From NCBI RefSeq assembly GCF_009914755.1, contig NC_060926.1: a DNA stretch of 64,000 nt; one strand, 5' to 3'. A program made the translations under genes and the position numbers. The notes beneath the pieces are model-generated. The model saw nothing but the letters and a program-made list of their open reading frames with translations, did no database searches and had not been told where the DNA came from. This document shows, piece by piece, positions 13,435 to 28,055 of the stretch; within the stretch, counting starts at the first letter, position 1; each line of letters begins with the position of its first letter. This DNA is from the human T2T-CHM13v2.0 reference genome, Homo sapiens.

Positions 13435-16400
13435 TTTTTTTAATCTCTTTAGTAACATTCATTTCAATAAGAGTGAAATGACATCTGAGTTTGGTTTTGA
13501 AGTACTTTTTTTTGATGAATAGTGATGTTGAGGACCTTTTCTCTGACCTGTTAGTTTTATGTCATCTTTGTAGATATCTCTATTCAAGTTCTGTGCTCAA
13601 TATGAGTTTGGATATGTATTTTATGCTATTTAGTATTGCTTTTTTCTGTGTACATGTTTGGTAACAACAATTTGTCACTTCTACGATTCCCTCAAATTTC
13701 CTAACAATTTTTTTTGAGACAGAGTCTCATTCTCTTACCCAGGCTGGAGCACAGCGGCATATCAGGGATTGTGAGTCCTCCAACTTAGTTTCTATTTCTC
13801 AGGGTTCCTTAGACATTCAGGGCCATTTCCATGTGATCATTAGCATTGTGTATTCACATTTCTTAAATTTCTGTGCATAATAAAGTATATAATTAGAGAG
13901 TCTGCTGGGACTGTTTTTCCTCTGGGACATTTTGGTAAATGTATATTTTTAGTAATGATCAAATCAGGGTACTTGCTCTATCTGTTCTCTCATACAGGTA
14001 TTATTTCTCTGTTGTGATAACATTCAAATTGCTCCCTTCCAGCTTTTTTGAAAAATGTCCTATTTTGTTAACCAGAGTCACCCAGCTGTGGTATAGAACA
14101 CAAGAATGTATTTGTCCCAACTAACTGCAACTTTGTTTCCATAACCAATCCTTCCATCTCCTCCTTCCCCTCTCCTCAGAAAACCACTACTGTACCTTTT
14201 ACTTAATGAAGGCAAAGTTTTTGGATTCCATATAAGTGAGATGAATTTGCTTGTTTTTCTATGCCAGGCTTATTTTATTTAACAATATATTTTTCAGGTT
14301 CATCCATATGGCTCCAGAGGAAAATTATATTATTTTGTTATGGATGAAGAGTATTACGTTGTGCAGATATACTGCAGTGTCTTCATCTCTTGATGTGTGA
14401 TTGGGTAGGTAGGTTGATTCCATATCTCCTATATTGTGAATAGCGCTTCTTAAAGCATGGGAAGGCAGATAGTTTTTTACGGAACCAGCTGCCTTTGCTT
14501 TAAATGCATACCCAGTGTGAGAAACTCCCAAGTTTTTTTCACAGTATATACACCAACTTACATCAACATCAGTAGCATATACGAGTTTCCCTTTCTGTAA
14601 GTCTACACAGGTTGCTGCCATCCAAAATTTTTATTGCTGTTTTGGTAATACTCATTCTCAGTGTAGTTTGATGGCATCTGATATCAGAGTGTGATTCTGA
14701 CTTACATGTTTGGAGTGATTAGTGATGTGGAAAATCTTTAGTTTCACCTGTGAATCAGTTTCATGTCCTTTGCAGAAGTGGTTGCGCAGGTCCGTTGCAT
14801 ATTTTTAGCTTGTGTATTTTTTAAAAATCTTTTCCCCACTTAGTAGCTTTAGTGTTTGAGTATGTTAGATAGCAACCCCTTCCAAAATTACGATTTTCCA
14901 CAGTTTTCCCCCAGTCATCCTGTCCGCCAAGGTAGAATACTTTCTCTTTGGGATCATGTTTTCTCCCCCATGCAGAAGCTCTAAAGCGTTGGTCTCACAG
15001 GTTTATATTTGCTTTTGTCAGCATGGATTTCTGTGTCTCATGAGAGAGACAGAGAGAGAGAAAAAAAGAGATGGCAAAGTCATTGTATTTTCTATGGGTA
15101 TTTTCACCCTAAGCGAGAACATGTGGTATTTGGTTTTCTGTTCTTTCCTTAGTTTGCTTAGCATAGTGGCCTGCAGTTTCATCCTTCTTGCTGCTGAGAG
15201 CACGAATTTTTTTTAAGCTGTGTAGGATTTTGCGGTATCTATGTACAACACTTTAAAACATCTAATCAACTGTTAAGGGGGGACATAGGTCGATTTTATT
15301 TTATTTTTTCATGTGAATAGCACTTCCAAGAACACATCCATGCCTGTGTCATTTTGAAAGAAGGATTTATGATTTATTTTCCTTTGTGTAGATACCCAGT
15401 TATGCGATTGCTCATTTGGATGGTATTTCTAAGTTCTTTGAGGAACTTCCAAGCTACTTCTTATAGTGGGAGACTAGTTTTTATTCCTACCAAGAGTGTA
15501 GCAGTGTTTGCTTTCCTCTGCTGCCTTGCCACCATGTAAATGCTTGGACTTAGGACAAATGGCCATTCTGACCGACTTGAGATGGTATCTCAGTGTGCGT
15601 GTGAGTTGCATTTCTCTGATGATGAGTGATGTTGATGTTTTTTTCTTGTCTATTGGTCACTTGTACGTCTTTTTTTTTACAAGTATGTCTCCATGTCTTT
15701 TTGCCCATTGTTTGATTATTTGTTTTTCTGCCTCTTGATTTTTTTAAGGTCATGTTAGAGTCTGGCTATTAGACCTTGGTCAGAAGCGTAGTTTGGGAAC
15801 ATTTTCTCCCATCCTGTAGGCTATGTTTTTACTGTGCTGGTGATTTATTTTGCTATCTGGCAGTGTTTCAGTTTCTTAGGCCCAACTTGTCCATTTTGGT
15901 TTTTCTTGCTGTTGTTTTTAGGGACCAAGTCATCTAAATTCTTTACCAAAGCCTGTGTTGAGAAAGGTATTTCCTAGTTTTTCTTGTAGGACTTGTATAG
16001 TTTGCGGTCTTCTGCTGAAATCTTTCATTCACCTTGAGTTAGTTTTTGCATCTTGTGAGAAGTGAGGCTCCAGTGTTGTTCATCTGCAAGTGGCTAGACA
16101 CTATCCCAGTGCCTTTCATCGCACAGTGAGCCCTTTCCACGTCTGAATTTTGGTGTTTCAAAGGTCAGATGGTTGCAGGTATGTGGGTTGCTTCTGGGTT
16201 TCCTATTCTGTCTAGGTGGAGGTGGGTCTGTAGCTTTTCTGTGAAATTTGAAATTGGAGATCGTGGTCCATCTGACATCGTCTGGATCTCCCAGCATGGC
16301 TTTGGAGTTTCAGAGCATTTCGTGGTCCCATGGGAATTTTAGCATTCATTGTTTCTTCACATTGCTTTCAAAAAACAAAATCGACCCATCCTAAAGGTGT

Positions 16401-18060
16401 ACAAGTAGAGGGTAGAGTGGAATATTTGGATCCATGCATGCATCAGATAGTGATGAAATCAGGGTATATAGTGTCATTTTTTGCCTTGTAGAGTGTTCCT
16501 GTCTTTGAGTTGAGGAGAGCCAGAACTCTTCTTTCTGGCTGCCTTGAAAACTATCCTCTGGTAAAGTTTTCTCTAGTCACCCTGCTGAGGAATAGAACAG
16601 CAGGTTTCATTCCTCTTACGCAGCATGTCACTTTGTACCTGTTTCCTATCCCCACCCGTGCCCAGCCTTCTGTTCCAACCCTGGCAAGCACTGTGGTGCT
16701 TTGTAGGTCTATGTGAGATTAAAGGGTCTTAGATTCCCCATGAGTGAGGTAATGTGAGGTTTGTCTTTCTCTGCTTAGTATTTCATTTACCATAATGTGT
16801 GTTTCATTACCTAGTGTGTTTCATTTACCAGGTTCCACCATGTTGCCGCAGATGACATGATTTCAGTACCTGTGTCTGGCTGAAAAGTGTTTGTTTGTGA
16901 ATGGATATTGTGGTTTCTGGATCTCATCCTCTGTGGGTGGACAGGTAGGTTGATTCCTTATCCTGGCTATTGCGACTGGTTCCACAGGCAGCATGGGAAG
17001 GCAGATGTGTCTTCTGTGTACTGATGACGTATGCTACCAGTGCACACCCAGTGGTAGCGCGGCTCAGTGAAATGGTCGTTGTATTTTTAGTTTTTAGAGG
17101 AACCTCCAGGTGGCCTCTGTAGTGTGCGCACTAATTTACCTTGTCAACAGTTGTGGACAAGAGAGCTCTCCTCTCTGGAAATTCACAGCAACATTTGTGG
17201 TTTCCCTTCTTTTAAGATATATGAAGTTCTTTGTAATACTCTTTCCTTTGAGAGGGACACGATATCTGAGTCTTGTTCTGATTTTCATTTTTCTTATGAT
17301 TAGTGATATTAACTACTAGGTGTTAAGTACATTTGTTTTCAGTTTTAGGTGTTATTTGCAGAAAAGACTCTTTGGTTTCTTTGCCCAATTTTGGTTTGCT
17401 AATTACCTTCTCTTTTCTGCTAGTTAGTAGTGTTAGTTACTTACACCTTTTCTAAAAAAAATCTCCTTAGCTGTGTTTTCCCCTATACCTTTCTTATCAT
17501 CCGTTGGATGTTTGTTTCTTTTCATTCATTGTTTTCATTCTTTCTTTCCCCCAAGCCATATAGTCTGATGAGTCTGATGCAGATTCAGGGGTGTGCAGTG
17601 TTGTGGTTTTCCACTACATTGGTTACTGATGAAATAAAGGACATTCACTAGCATACCAATCTATTGTGAGTTTTGCTTGTTTGTTGTTTGTATTTTCTTT
17701 CCCCCATATTGTTTTCATTTTCCTTTTTGCAAATTGTAAGCATAGATCCAGGTTGGCCCAGGTATCCACACACCATATACTTTCTTCTCAGAGAGTGATA
17801 GTTTCAAGTTTTGGGTATAGGTCTTTCATTCATGTTGAATAGATGATTGTGAATTTCACACAATAAGGACCCTATGTTGTTATTTTGCCTAGGGATATCC
17901 AGTTCTCAGAACGCTGTATTGGACAGACTCTCCCTTCTTGTGGTGACGTTTGTGGTTCTTTCTAAACATGTGCTTAGGCTATACCAATTTGAACTTACTC
18001 CTAGGCACCTTCATTGTGTCCCCTGGTCTGTGTTTCTCTGCTAAGGCCTATCACAAATCA

Positions 18061-18214
18061 TCTGGGTAACTAAAGCTTTGGGAAGTAATTTAAAGTGGAA
18101 GCATGTGATGGCTCCACCGAGTTTGTGTGTGTAGGAATCTGGGTAACTAAAGCTTTGGGAAGTAGGTTAAAGTGGAAGAGTGTGATGGCTCCACCGACTT
18201 TGTGTGTGTAGGAA
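18061..18214 (+). repeat. 77-bp tandem duplication (2 copies)
   Basis: TCTGGGTAACTAAAGC...GTAGGAA at 18061-18137 and 18138-18214. The paralogous unit at ~1108-1183 has a single copy. Confidence 0.9.
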
Positions 18215-18699
18215 CTGCTTTGGGAGTGCACGGCACTTCATTGTCCCACAGGACTTTCAGAAATATGTTGTGATCCTATTTGAAAACAAAAATTTCACAT
18301 GGTCTATGCTTTTACTTTAAGGGCGCAAGGGACCATTTGACATATGGATCAGTGCTGTTGTGATCAAATTACAGGACCTCGTGTCTCTGTTTCAGGCTAT
18401 AGTGAGGATTTCTTGGTGGAGAGAGTATCCCGATCACCCCTTCCCGCTATATTGAATATCATGCTAGGAGACTGTTAAGCCTAGTCACCCTGCTAAGCTG
18501 TAGAACACCAGAATTCTTGCCATTCATCTGAGCGTCACTTTGTAGCTGTTTCCAAGCCTCCCCTCAGCCTCTGGTACCCACTATTGACGTTGCTCCTTTG
18601 TGAGATGCATTTCATTAGGTTCCATGCGCGTGAGATCGTGCTGTGTTTGTGTTTGTCTTCCTCTGCCTGGCTCATTTCCTTTGACTTAATGTCCTTCAG

Positions 18700-18811
18700 C
18701 TTTCTCCACCTTGCTGGAAGTGACCTGCTGTCCAGAAGTTTGATGGCTGAGGAGTATACCATCGTGCATGCATCTTTCATTTCCTGCATTTCTTCCTCCC
18801 TGGATGGACAG
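18700..18811 (+). CDS. Putative L1-derived alternative coding exon (ATG 18768; MHLSFPAFLPPWMDR) able to splice in frame to POTE exon 1
   Basis: Acceptor TCCTTCAG| at 18699 and donor CAG|GTAGGT at 18811/18812. The phase-2 end matches the internal acceptors at 28482 and 28593. Confidence 0.55.
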
Positions 18812-21800
18812 GTAGGTTACTTCCATACCCTGGTTATTGTCCGGAGTACTTCATCAAACACGGGAAGGCAAATATCTCCTTAAGTTACAAGGTTCCTTGG
18901 CTTTGCTGGTATACCCAATGTTGGGATGGCTACGGGAACTGGTAGTTGTATTGTTGTTTCAGAAACCTCCTGCTGTCTCTCCCAGTGGGTATACAAATTT
19001 GCATTCCTACCAATAGTGTGTGAGAGTTTCTCTGTCTGCAAATCTACACTGCCCTTATCTTCAAAAGGTTTTATTGCTGTTCCTGGTCATACTCGTTCTC
19101 TGGGGAGTTTGGCAGTATCTGAGTGTGGTTGGGATTTGCATTTAGGGGATGATTACTGATGTGGAGGAACTTCTATTACCCGCGAGTCTGTTGCAGGTTT
19201 TTTCAGAAATGCCTATGCCAGTCTTTTGGGCAATTTTAGCATGTGTATTGGTTTTTGTGTTTTTGTCCACTTGGGACCATTAGTTTCTTGAATATATCAG
19301 ATAAGAAGCCCTTCCAGATCCACAGTTTTCCATAATTTTCTCCCAGTCTGTGGGATGTCTTCTGTTGGGTTCACTGTTTTCTCTCCAGTGTTGAAGCTAT
19401 GTGAAGCTCTGAAGTTGTCCTTAGTCTCACATGGTCACATTAGCTTTTGTTAGCGGTGATTTCTGTGTCCCTTTGAGAAGAAAAGCAAGATGGCGAAGCC
19501 ATTGTATGGTCTATGGGTATTTGATTCCTATGTGTTTTCTGTTTGTGGCTTAGGTGCACAGGTTCAAGTTTTCCCACACTAGACATGCACCCTATGTGTT
19601 TTCCTTGGAGGTTTTGGTTTCACAATTGCCCTTTAGTGTTCAGTGGATTTTGTGTCGCTTTTTGTGTCTTGTGTAAGGGAAGGGTTTATTTCAGTCCTTT
19701 GCATGTGACCCCCCAGTTTCTTCAACCATTGTGCCTTTGGTGTGCTTTTGGGGGAAAAGCAAGAATCCTATGGATTCAGTGTTTATAATTGTGGGCTGAT
19801 TATTTGGCTCCTTCGTTGTGTCCATTTGGTTATCTTTCTGTGTTCATGCCACTAATGGATGGATTGGGCCACTGTAGGCTTTTTCTTTCGTTTTGTGTGT
19901 TTTTTTGTATTTTCTTCCTTTTTTTCTATTTCTATTTCCAAAACTGGGTTTTCTAAAATGATAGCTACTTTTATTGTGATCGAGGGGTGGACGCCTGCAG
20001 GTTCATTTCACTACATGGCTATACAGCAGACTTTGTATGCTTGAGGTCCTAGCGTACCCATCACCCAGGCGGTGAACACAGCACCAGTTGGATCATTCTT
20101 CCTCCAAGGCTTCCTGTCTCCCTCCTTTTTCTGTCTGGTAGTACCCAGCATCTGTTGATTTCATCTTTACGTTCGTATGTATTCGGTGTTGAGTTTCTGC
20201 CTGTAAGTGAAAACCTGCGGTGTTTGGTCTTCTGCTCTTGCCTGAGTTCGCTTAGCAGAGTGGCCTGCAGTTCTGTCTGTGTTGATGCTGTGGGCATGAT
20301 TTTGTTTCTGTGTTTGATTTTCCTTGGTGGCTTCTTAGTATTCTGTGGTGTATAGGTATCACATTTAAAAACATCTCATTTTCTGTTGTTGGGCATCTAG
20401 GTCAGGTCCACGTCTTTATTCCTGTGAGTAGCACTCCCGTGAACATGCAAATGTCTGTGTCTTTTTGATAGACACATGTATTTTTCCCTTGGGTGGATAC
20501 ACAGGGTTGGATTGCTGGGTCGAAGGGTATCTCTGCTTCCTTTCCCTCTTTGTTGTTGTTGTTGAGAAATCTTGAAACTGCTCTCCACAGTTTGAGACCT
20601 AGTTTGCATTACCCCAAGAGTGTAGCTGTGTTTGCTTTTATCTACTGCTACACAAATATGTTTTGTGTTTGGACAAATGGCCATTCTGACTGGTGTGTGA
20701 TGGCACTGGTACCTCATCTCTGATGATTAGGGATGTTGAGCATTTTCTCCTGTCTGTTGGTCTTTTTTAAGTCTTGTTTTGACTAGTGTGTTTGTGTCAT
20801 TTGCCCATTTTTTACTTGTGTTATTTTTCTGCTTCTTGATTTAGGTAAGGTCCTCTAGATTCTGGCTTTAGAACTTGGTCAGATGCTTGGTTTGGGAACA
20901 TTTTCTCCCATCATGTAGGCTGTGTGTTTACTGTGTTGGCAATTGCTTTGCTGTCCAGCAGGTCTGTAGTTTCTTCGGCCAGACTTGTACTTTTTGTTTT
21001 TTCTTGCATTTCTTTTGGGTACTAAATTGTCTAAGTGGTTTGCAAAAGCCTATGTTGAGAAAGGTGTTTGATAGGTTGTCTGTTAGGACTTTTATATTTG
21101 AAGTCTTCTATTTCAATCTTTGGTTGATCTTGAGTTAATTTTCCATATGATGAGAAGCAGGGCTGCAGTGTTAATTCTCCTGCACATGGCTAGTCATGTA
21201 TCTGAGCGCCATTCGTTGCATAGTGAGCCTTTTCTTTATTTCTTATTTCTGTGGTTTTGTCAAAGGTCAGATGGTTGTAGTTCTGCCAGGCTACTTCTGC
21301 ATTTTCTAACTTGTCTAGGTGAAAGCTAGGTCATTTTTTTCTGTTATGATCTATTTTGATTTCTTGGGTTCAAGAACTGATAAATAAATTTTAGAAACTG
21401 AAGAACCCACTTACTTTCTCAAGGTTAGAAACCATCACCATCACCGTATTCTGTGATGTTATGGGCTTTATTGAGTTACATCTTTGCCCTTTTCCTTCAA
21501 GTCTCTCCTCTGGATTTATTTTGTGAAATTAGATTCTGAATCCCATTTTGTTGCATAAACTGTGCTTGAGCAAAAAAAAGTTTTTCTTTTTTTTTCTAAA
21601 AACATCCTTAGTATACATGGGGTGAAGAACAACAAACCTGTCTCCTCTTTCCACTAGTCACACCATTACACTCCTTTCCAGCCTCTTTGCTGCTACATGT
21701 GGCCATTCAAATGAGCCCTGGCTAAGTACATGTGGATAGAAGTTAATGTTCGCTTCTTGCAAGCCTGGCCCGTGATTCTGTGTTGTGATTTAGAACATAA

Positions 21801-23233
21801 AGAAGAAGTGAGACTTGCTGAATGAGACTCTTGAACGCTTCCTCTGACAAGCTCCAAGGCACACTGGTTGTCTTGCAGTGCTTTGGACAGCTACTCGTTT
21901 GTTGGACAATAATTTCCCAACATGGGGACAACCCAGAGCATTTTCCACTTCCATATTCTGCTTCAGTTGCTCATGGTTTTGATCGAAGCTAGACAGTGAC
22001 TGAACCAGGAGGCTCAGACCCCAGGCCAGCGTGGAGTCCTGTGGTTGAAGACAGGCTGGACCATCAGAGGAAGAAAACAAGTAGCCCTTTTTTCTGGATT
22101 TTCACCTTCTCTGTTTTCAGGAAACCTGAAGCCAATTATGTTATGCAGGCATGACTGAAAAGAGATTATTTTGAGTTGTTTTGGTTGCACCAAGAAATGT
22201 GCCAATGTGACAGCCAAAAAAGCAGAAAGACCAAGGCATTGAGAGTGGGAGAGCCACTGATGATGCTGGGTCTGGTAGGCTTTTCGAGATCTCTCCCAGC
22301 CCCAAAACAGCCAAGCAACTCTGTCCTGGGTTGTGAGTGGGCTCAGCCCCTGTGCACACCCATGCTTGGATTCTGGCACACATGGCACCCACAGGAGGCA
22401 GTTCCCCCTTCAGGAGACTGGTTGGCAGGACCCTGTCTCCACACACAAAGACAGCAGGCAGAACCCACATGTCCTCTAGTTTTCCCAGTGTCACTCGCCC
22501 ATGGGGGTTCACGATGAGACCCCACGGGTCCAACCTGCAGGCAGAGTTGCCACCCCAGCCTGAGGCAAAGTGGACCTTTTTCTGCCAGAGGGGTCTGCTT
22601 TCCCATTGGCCAAAATGGCCTCAAATGACAGGGACAGAACAAGGCACAAGTGTACCCATTAGAGTGTCTGAGCCCGCCTGGTGTCTGCTTCCACACATCT
22701 CCTGGGAGGTCCCAGCAGGCACCCAGGCCTGGGCCACAGCTCACCCCACATTCAGAGGTGGGTAGCACAGCTGCCCTATGCAGGCCTCAGGGAGGAAAGG
22801 GAGAAAGAGATGACAAAAGCAAGACACAAGAAATGCAGCAAAAGCACACAAACACACACACTGACACTCATCTGGGGCAGGCCATCCTCTCACCCATGAC
22901 CAGCAGTGCAGGCAGCTGAGAGTTGGGCAGGAGGTGGTGCCACCATCCCCTGAGTTAGGGCCTGGATCCAAGGAAGAACATAGAGTCCCTAGAGTCAAGC
23001 GCCACTGACCTCAAGACCTGCAGTTTGCAGGGAGGGGATGCTGTGAGAAGAACTGTTCTAGGTCACAGCGAAATATGTCTGACTTCAAGAAAATATTTGA
23101 AACCAAAGTACATTTATTGAAGACTCTCAATGATATAAAAAAGCACAGTTTAGAAAATGTGAAAGCAATCACTGAACATATTCATATATTTTCATCTAAA
23201 TTTAGTTACAGAGTTTTTCTAAAACTGGGATCA

Positions 23234-23520
23234 GGCCAGGTATGGTGGCTCAGGCCTGTAATCCTAGCACTTTGGGAGCCTGAGGCAGGAGGATCGCTTG
23301 AGGCCAAGAGTGGAGACCAGCCTGGGCAACATGGTGAGACCCCTCATCTCTACCAAAAATACAGAACTTGGCCAGTCATGGTAGCACACTCCTGTAGTCC
23401 CAGCTACACAGAAGGCTGAGGTGGGAGAATTGCTTGAGCCTGGGAGGTTGAGGCTGCAGTTAGACAAGACTGCACCACTGCATTCCAGCCTGGGTGACAG
23501 CCTGTCTCAAAAAATAATAA
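23234..23520 (+). mobile_element. AluJ
   Basis: Diverged Alu dimer with A-rich tail. Confidence 0.9.
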
Positions 23521-24249
23521 CAGTAATTCCCGATTTTAATAATTATTCTAGAGTTGTGTAAAAGAATACCCTTAGGAAATGCACACTTTGGGGTAATTAT
23601 GTCTATAGTTTACACTGAAATCATTAAAAAAGGTATGTAAACAGACAAAGCAAATGGGACAAAATGGAGCAAATTTCTACAAATTTTAGAAATTGGTGAG
23701 TCTTGGTTAAGAGAAGGAGGAGGATTCTTGGTACTATTCTTGTGACTTTTGAAATTATATAAAAATTTTAAGTTCCTAAAAACTGGCTGTAGAACTATAC
23801 GCTCAGAGTGAGCATTTATTTTGTAAAATAGTGATTAAGACCAAATCTTTAATCAGTTAAAAATCTGATCAAATAAAAGTAGTAACATATTACGGTATTT
23901 TTGACATCAAATCATTGTAAAGGGGCAATAACTTACAAGTTTGTCTCCAAGCACAGTACATTTTTATGGATTTTTAAAGAATTCACGTTCCCGTAATTCT
24001 TACCTTCCTCCACCTAAAGTGACACAGTTTACCAAATAATTTGGAGTAATGGTTAGATTGGGTTAAATTCTCAAGGCTTCCTCTTTAAAAATCATACATT
24101 TAATTCGGGTAGGGAATGACTTGGCTTCTTTGTTCCTGTGAAAGAAGTATATAAAAATGCCCCCTTAGTAACTATGCAGTCAGCTTACTATCTCAGCAAA
24201 GTCATTGTGAACTTCTTCCCTGTCTCAGGTTGGAAATAGGAACCAATTC

Positions 24250-25670
<1,421 letters not shown>

Positions 25671-27749
25671 GATGGAGAGGTTATGCCCAAGCCTCCAGAG
25701 AGGGGCTCCTTGGATCCGCACAGCACATCCTGCATACCTGCATCCACTGCTGCGCTATGCTCCTCGTATCTGAGCCTTCATGCTCTGGTCCCCGAGGCAG
25801 GTGGTGCTGACTCAGGTGGCCACACTGTGGACCTGGGTGTTGGTGGCCCAGAGGGTGGGTGCTAGAGGCTTCCTGCCCTTCTTGTTCCACTGGGACCAGA
25901 CGGAGCCAGGCAGTGACAGGGTACCACCTTCTTGACTGGATCCTGGAACACAGGAGTGTCACCTGGCCCCTCGTCATCCCAACTTAGCACCCAAAGTACC
26001 CCCGGGCCGGGGCCATGGCTGGGCTGGAACTCAGGATGGTTAGGATGCAGCTCAAGCCTTGTGGCATCTCTGGGTTCTCTGTCCACTGAGGGTGCCCTGG
26101 GATGCAAAGCTGGTGGAAGAGGTTGGCATTTCCCCAGCCTATCCTCACTCATGCCAAGCACCCCAGACTGTCCTTCCTGGTCCATCGCCCTGGTCACATT
26201 CCCCAGGGCAGCTCAGGGCTTTGTTCAGGGATTTCCTGTAGTCAGGTGCCTGATAAGTGTTGAGACGTGCAAGGCCACGTGGGCAGATGGGGAGGTGCTC
26301 TTTGGTGAGCACCCCCAGCAGGGCAGTCCCCCACCCAGGTGTCTGCCTGCTCCTGCTTGTGTTTGACTGTTAACAGCGCTTCATGCCAGGGCCACCAGCT
26401 CCCATCCCTCCTGTCAGGAAGGACACAGACAGCAAGTGCCTGGGGGGTAAGGCATTTGCCAGGTAACACAGGTGGCAAGTGCCAGAGCTGGGATTTGAAC
26501 CCGGATCATGGCACTCTGTGTGGGGCAATGGAAGGTTTGAGAACGCCCATGTAGGAAGGAAGGGCAGCCTGGCCCCACTGAGCCCAGCTGCTCCCTGTGA
26601 CCCTGGAGGAAACTACTCAGCCCCCAGCTGGGGAGAGAGTCCAGGAGGCCAGGCTTCCCCTTGCTTCCTGGCTCAGGGGATCACAGAGGGACAAGGAAAT
26701 TTAGTGTATGTGTCTTCTTTTTGTTTCATTCAAAGTTTAATTTAGTATCAAGCAAGAGAAGCTTTAGTATCAAGCTCCTCTTTTTAGTATCAAGCAAGGT
26801 AGCTTAACCCTTCATAAGACTTCAGTTACAAAATAGTACTTTTTTTTTTTTTGCACTTGTGATTGGCTTCCCCTCTACTTCTTTTGGTAAGAGTAGGTTG
26901 GTGTCCAGGCTCAGAATCCATTTTTCCTCCCACACCAAAGCACCTGTGGTTTGGGTGAAGCAGCCTGGAGCCTGGCTGCATAAAGCTTTGCAGCAGGAGG
27001 GTCCCGGTAGGAGGGTCGAGGTGCTACTTGCCCTGGTCCAGCTCAGAGGCCAGCACCAGGGAGGCTCAGTGTCCTGTTCCCAGGATCTGCACATGGGGTT
27101 GCCTTTCTGCATCTCCCCATCAGAGTGGTAGGTGCTCCTCCAAGCCCCCTCATGCCGGCCTGGACACAGCGGTCTGCACCTTGACCCTATTGCATGCCAG
27201 TGGAGCAGAGCCCCCCAGGCCAGAAGCCCCACAGCTGTTGGCCCTGGCTTGGACACTGGGCAGGGGGCACCAGGGCAGGAGCTGGCTGCAATCCTGTGGC
27301 CCCAAATGCCCCCTCGCTGATGGCCTCATGTTCTGTTCTGGGTGCGGAGCAAAGAGGAGCAGGTGTCGAAGGCACCTCAGGCAGGCGCTGGGCTTAATGG
27401 GCGTCTTGTGCTCCATGATTTTGAGGCCATTTGCAGCCAGCTCCGCCAGCCCGAGCTCCGAGCTGCAGCTGCTGCCATGCACAACAGCACCACCATGAGT
27501 GTCCTGGGGGCTTTCTTCAGGGGAGGCTGTCAGCATCCTCAAGTTCCAGCTGCTTAGCCCCAGTCCTCCTTCAAGAGGCTTTTTTTTTTCACCAGCGGCT
27601 TCTCAATGGCCTGAAAGCTCAGCTGACTCCCACAAAGTTTGCCGGGAACACAGGGCTGTCAGTGACATTCCTGGCGCCAAGACTTAAGCACGTGGGTTGC
27701 ACGCATCGGCCAGTGTCTGTGCCACGTACACTGACGCCCCCTGAGATGT

Positions 27750-27960
27750 GCACGCCGCACGCGCACGTTGCACGCGCGGCAGCGGCTTGGCTGGCTTGTA
27801 ACGGCTTGCACGCGCACGCCGCCCCCGCATAACCGTCAGACTGGCCTGTAACGGCTTGCAGGCGCACGCCGCACGCGCGTAACGGCTTGGCTGCCCTGTA
27901 ACGGCTTGCACGTGCATGCTGCACGCGCGTTAACGGCTTGGCTGGCATGTAGCCGCTTGG
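27750..27960 (+). repeat. ~50-bp tandem repeat (about 3.5-4 copies) carrying YAACNG MYB-type motifs
   Basis: TAACGG at 27799, 27849 and 27899; TAACCG/TAACGG at 27830, 27880 and 27931. Confidence 0.85.
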
Positions 27961-27998
27961 CTTGGCTTTGCATTCTTTGCTTGGCTTGGCGTTGGTCT

Positions 27999-28055
27999 CT
28001 TGGATTGACGCTTCCTCCTTGGATTGACGTTTCCTCCTTGGATTGACGTTTCCTC
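27999..28055 (+). repeat. 19-bp tandem repeat x3 with CRE half-site TGACG
   Basis: CTTGGATTGACG(C/T)TTCCTC at 27999, 28018 and 28037. Confidence 0.9.

Larger units (their letters stand above)
12930..21330 (-). repeat. Ancient tandem array of antisense L1-derived mosaic units
   Basis: Landmark GTCACCC(T/A)GCT recurs at ~14077, ~16576 and ~18484 (also ~1437). GTAGGTT(G/A) donor landmarks at 14409, 16945 and 18812 (also 1765). 15100-16220 resembles 20210-21330. Confidence 0.75.

Noticed and set aside
21700-23050. Cluster of overlapping 60-140 aa ORFs
   Set aside because: GC-rich unique sequence with no recognisable protein; I could not assign a gene or pseudogene.
27750-28055. Short regularly spaced repeats as a CRISPR-like array
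   Set aside because: Eukaryotic context, head-to-tail tandem units without unique spacers, and no cas genes.
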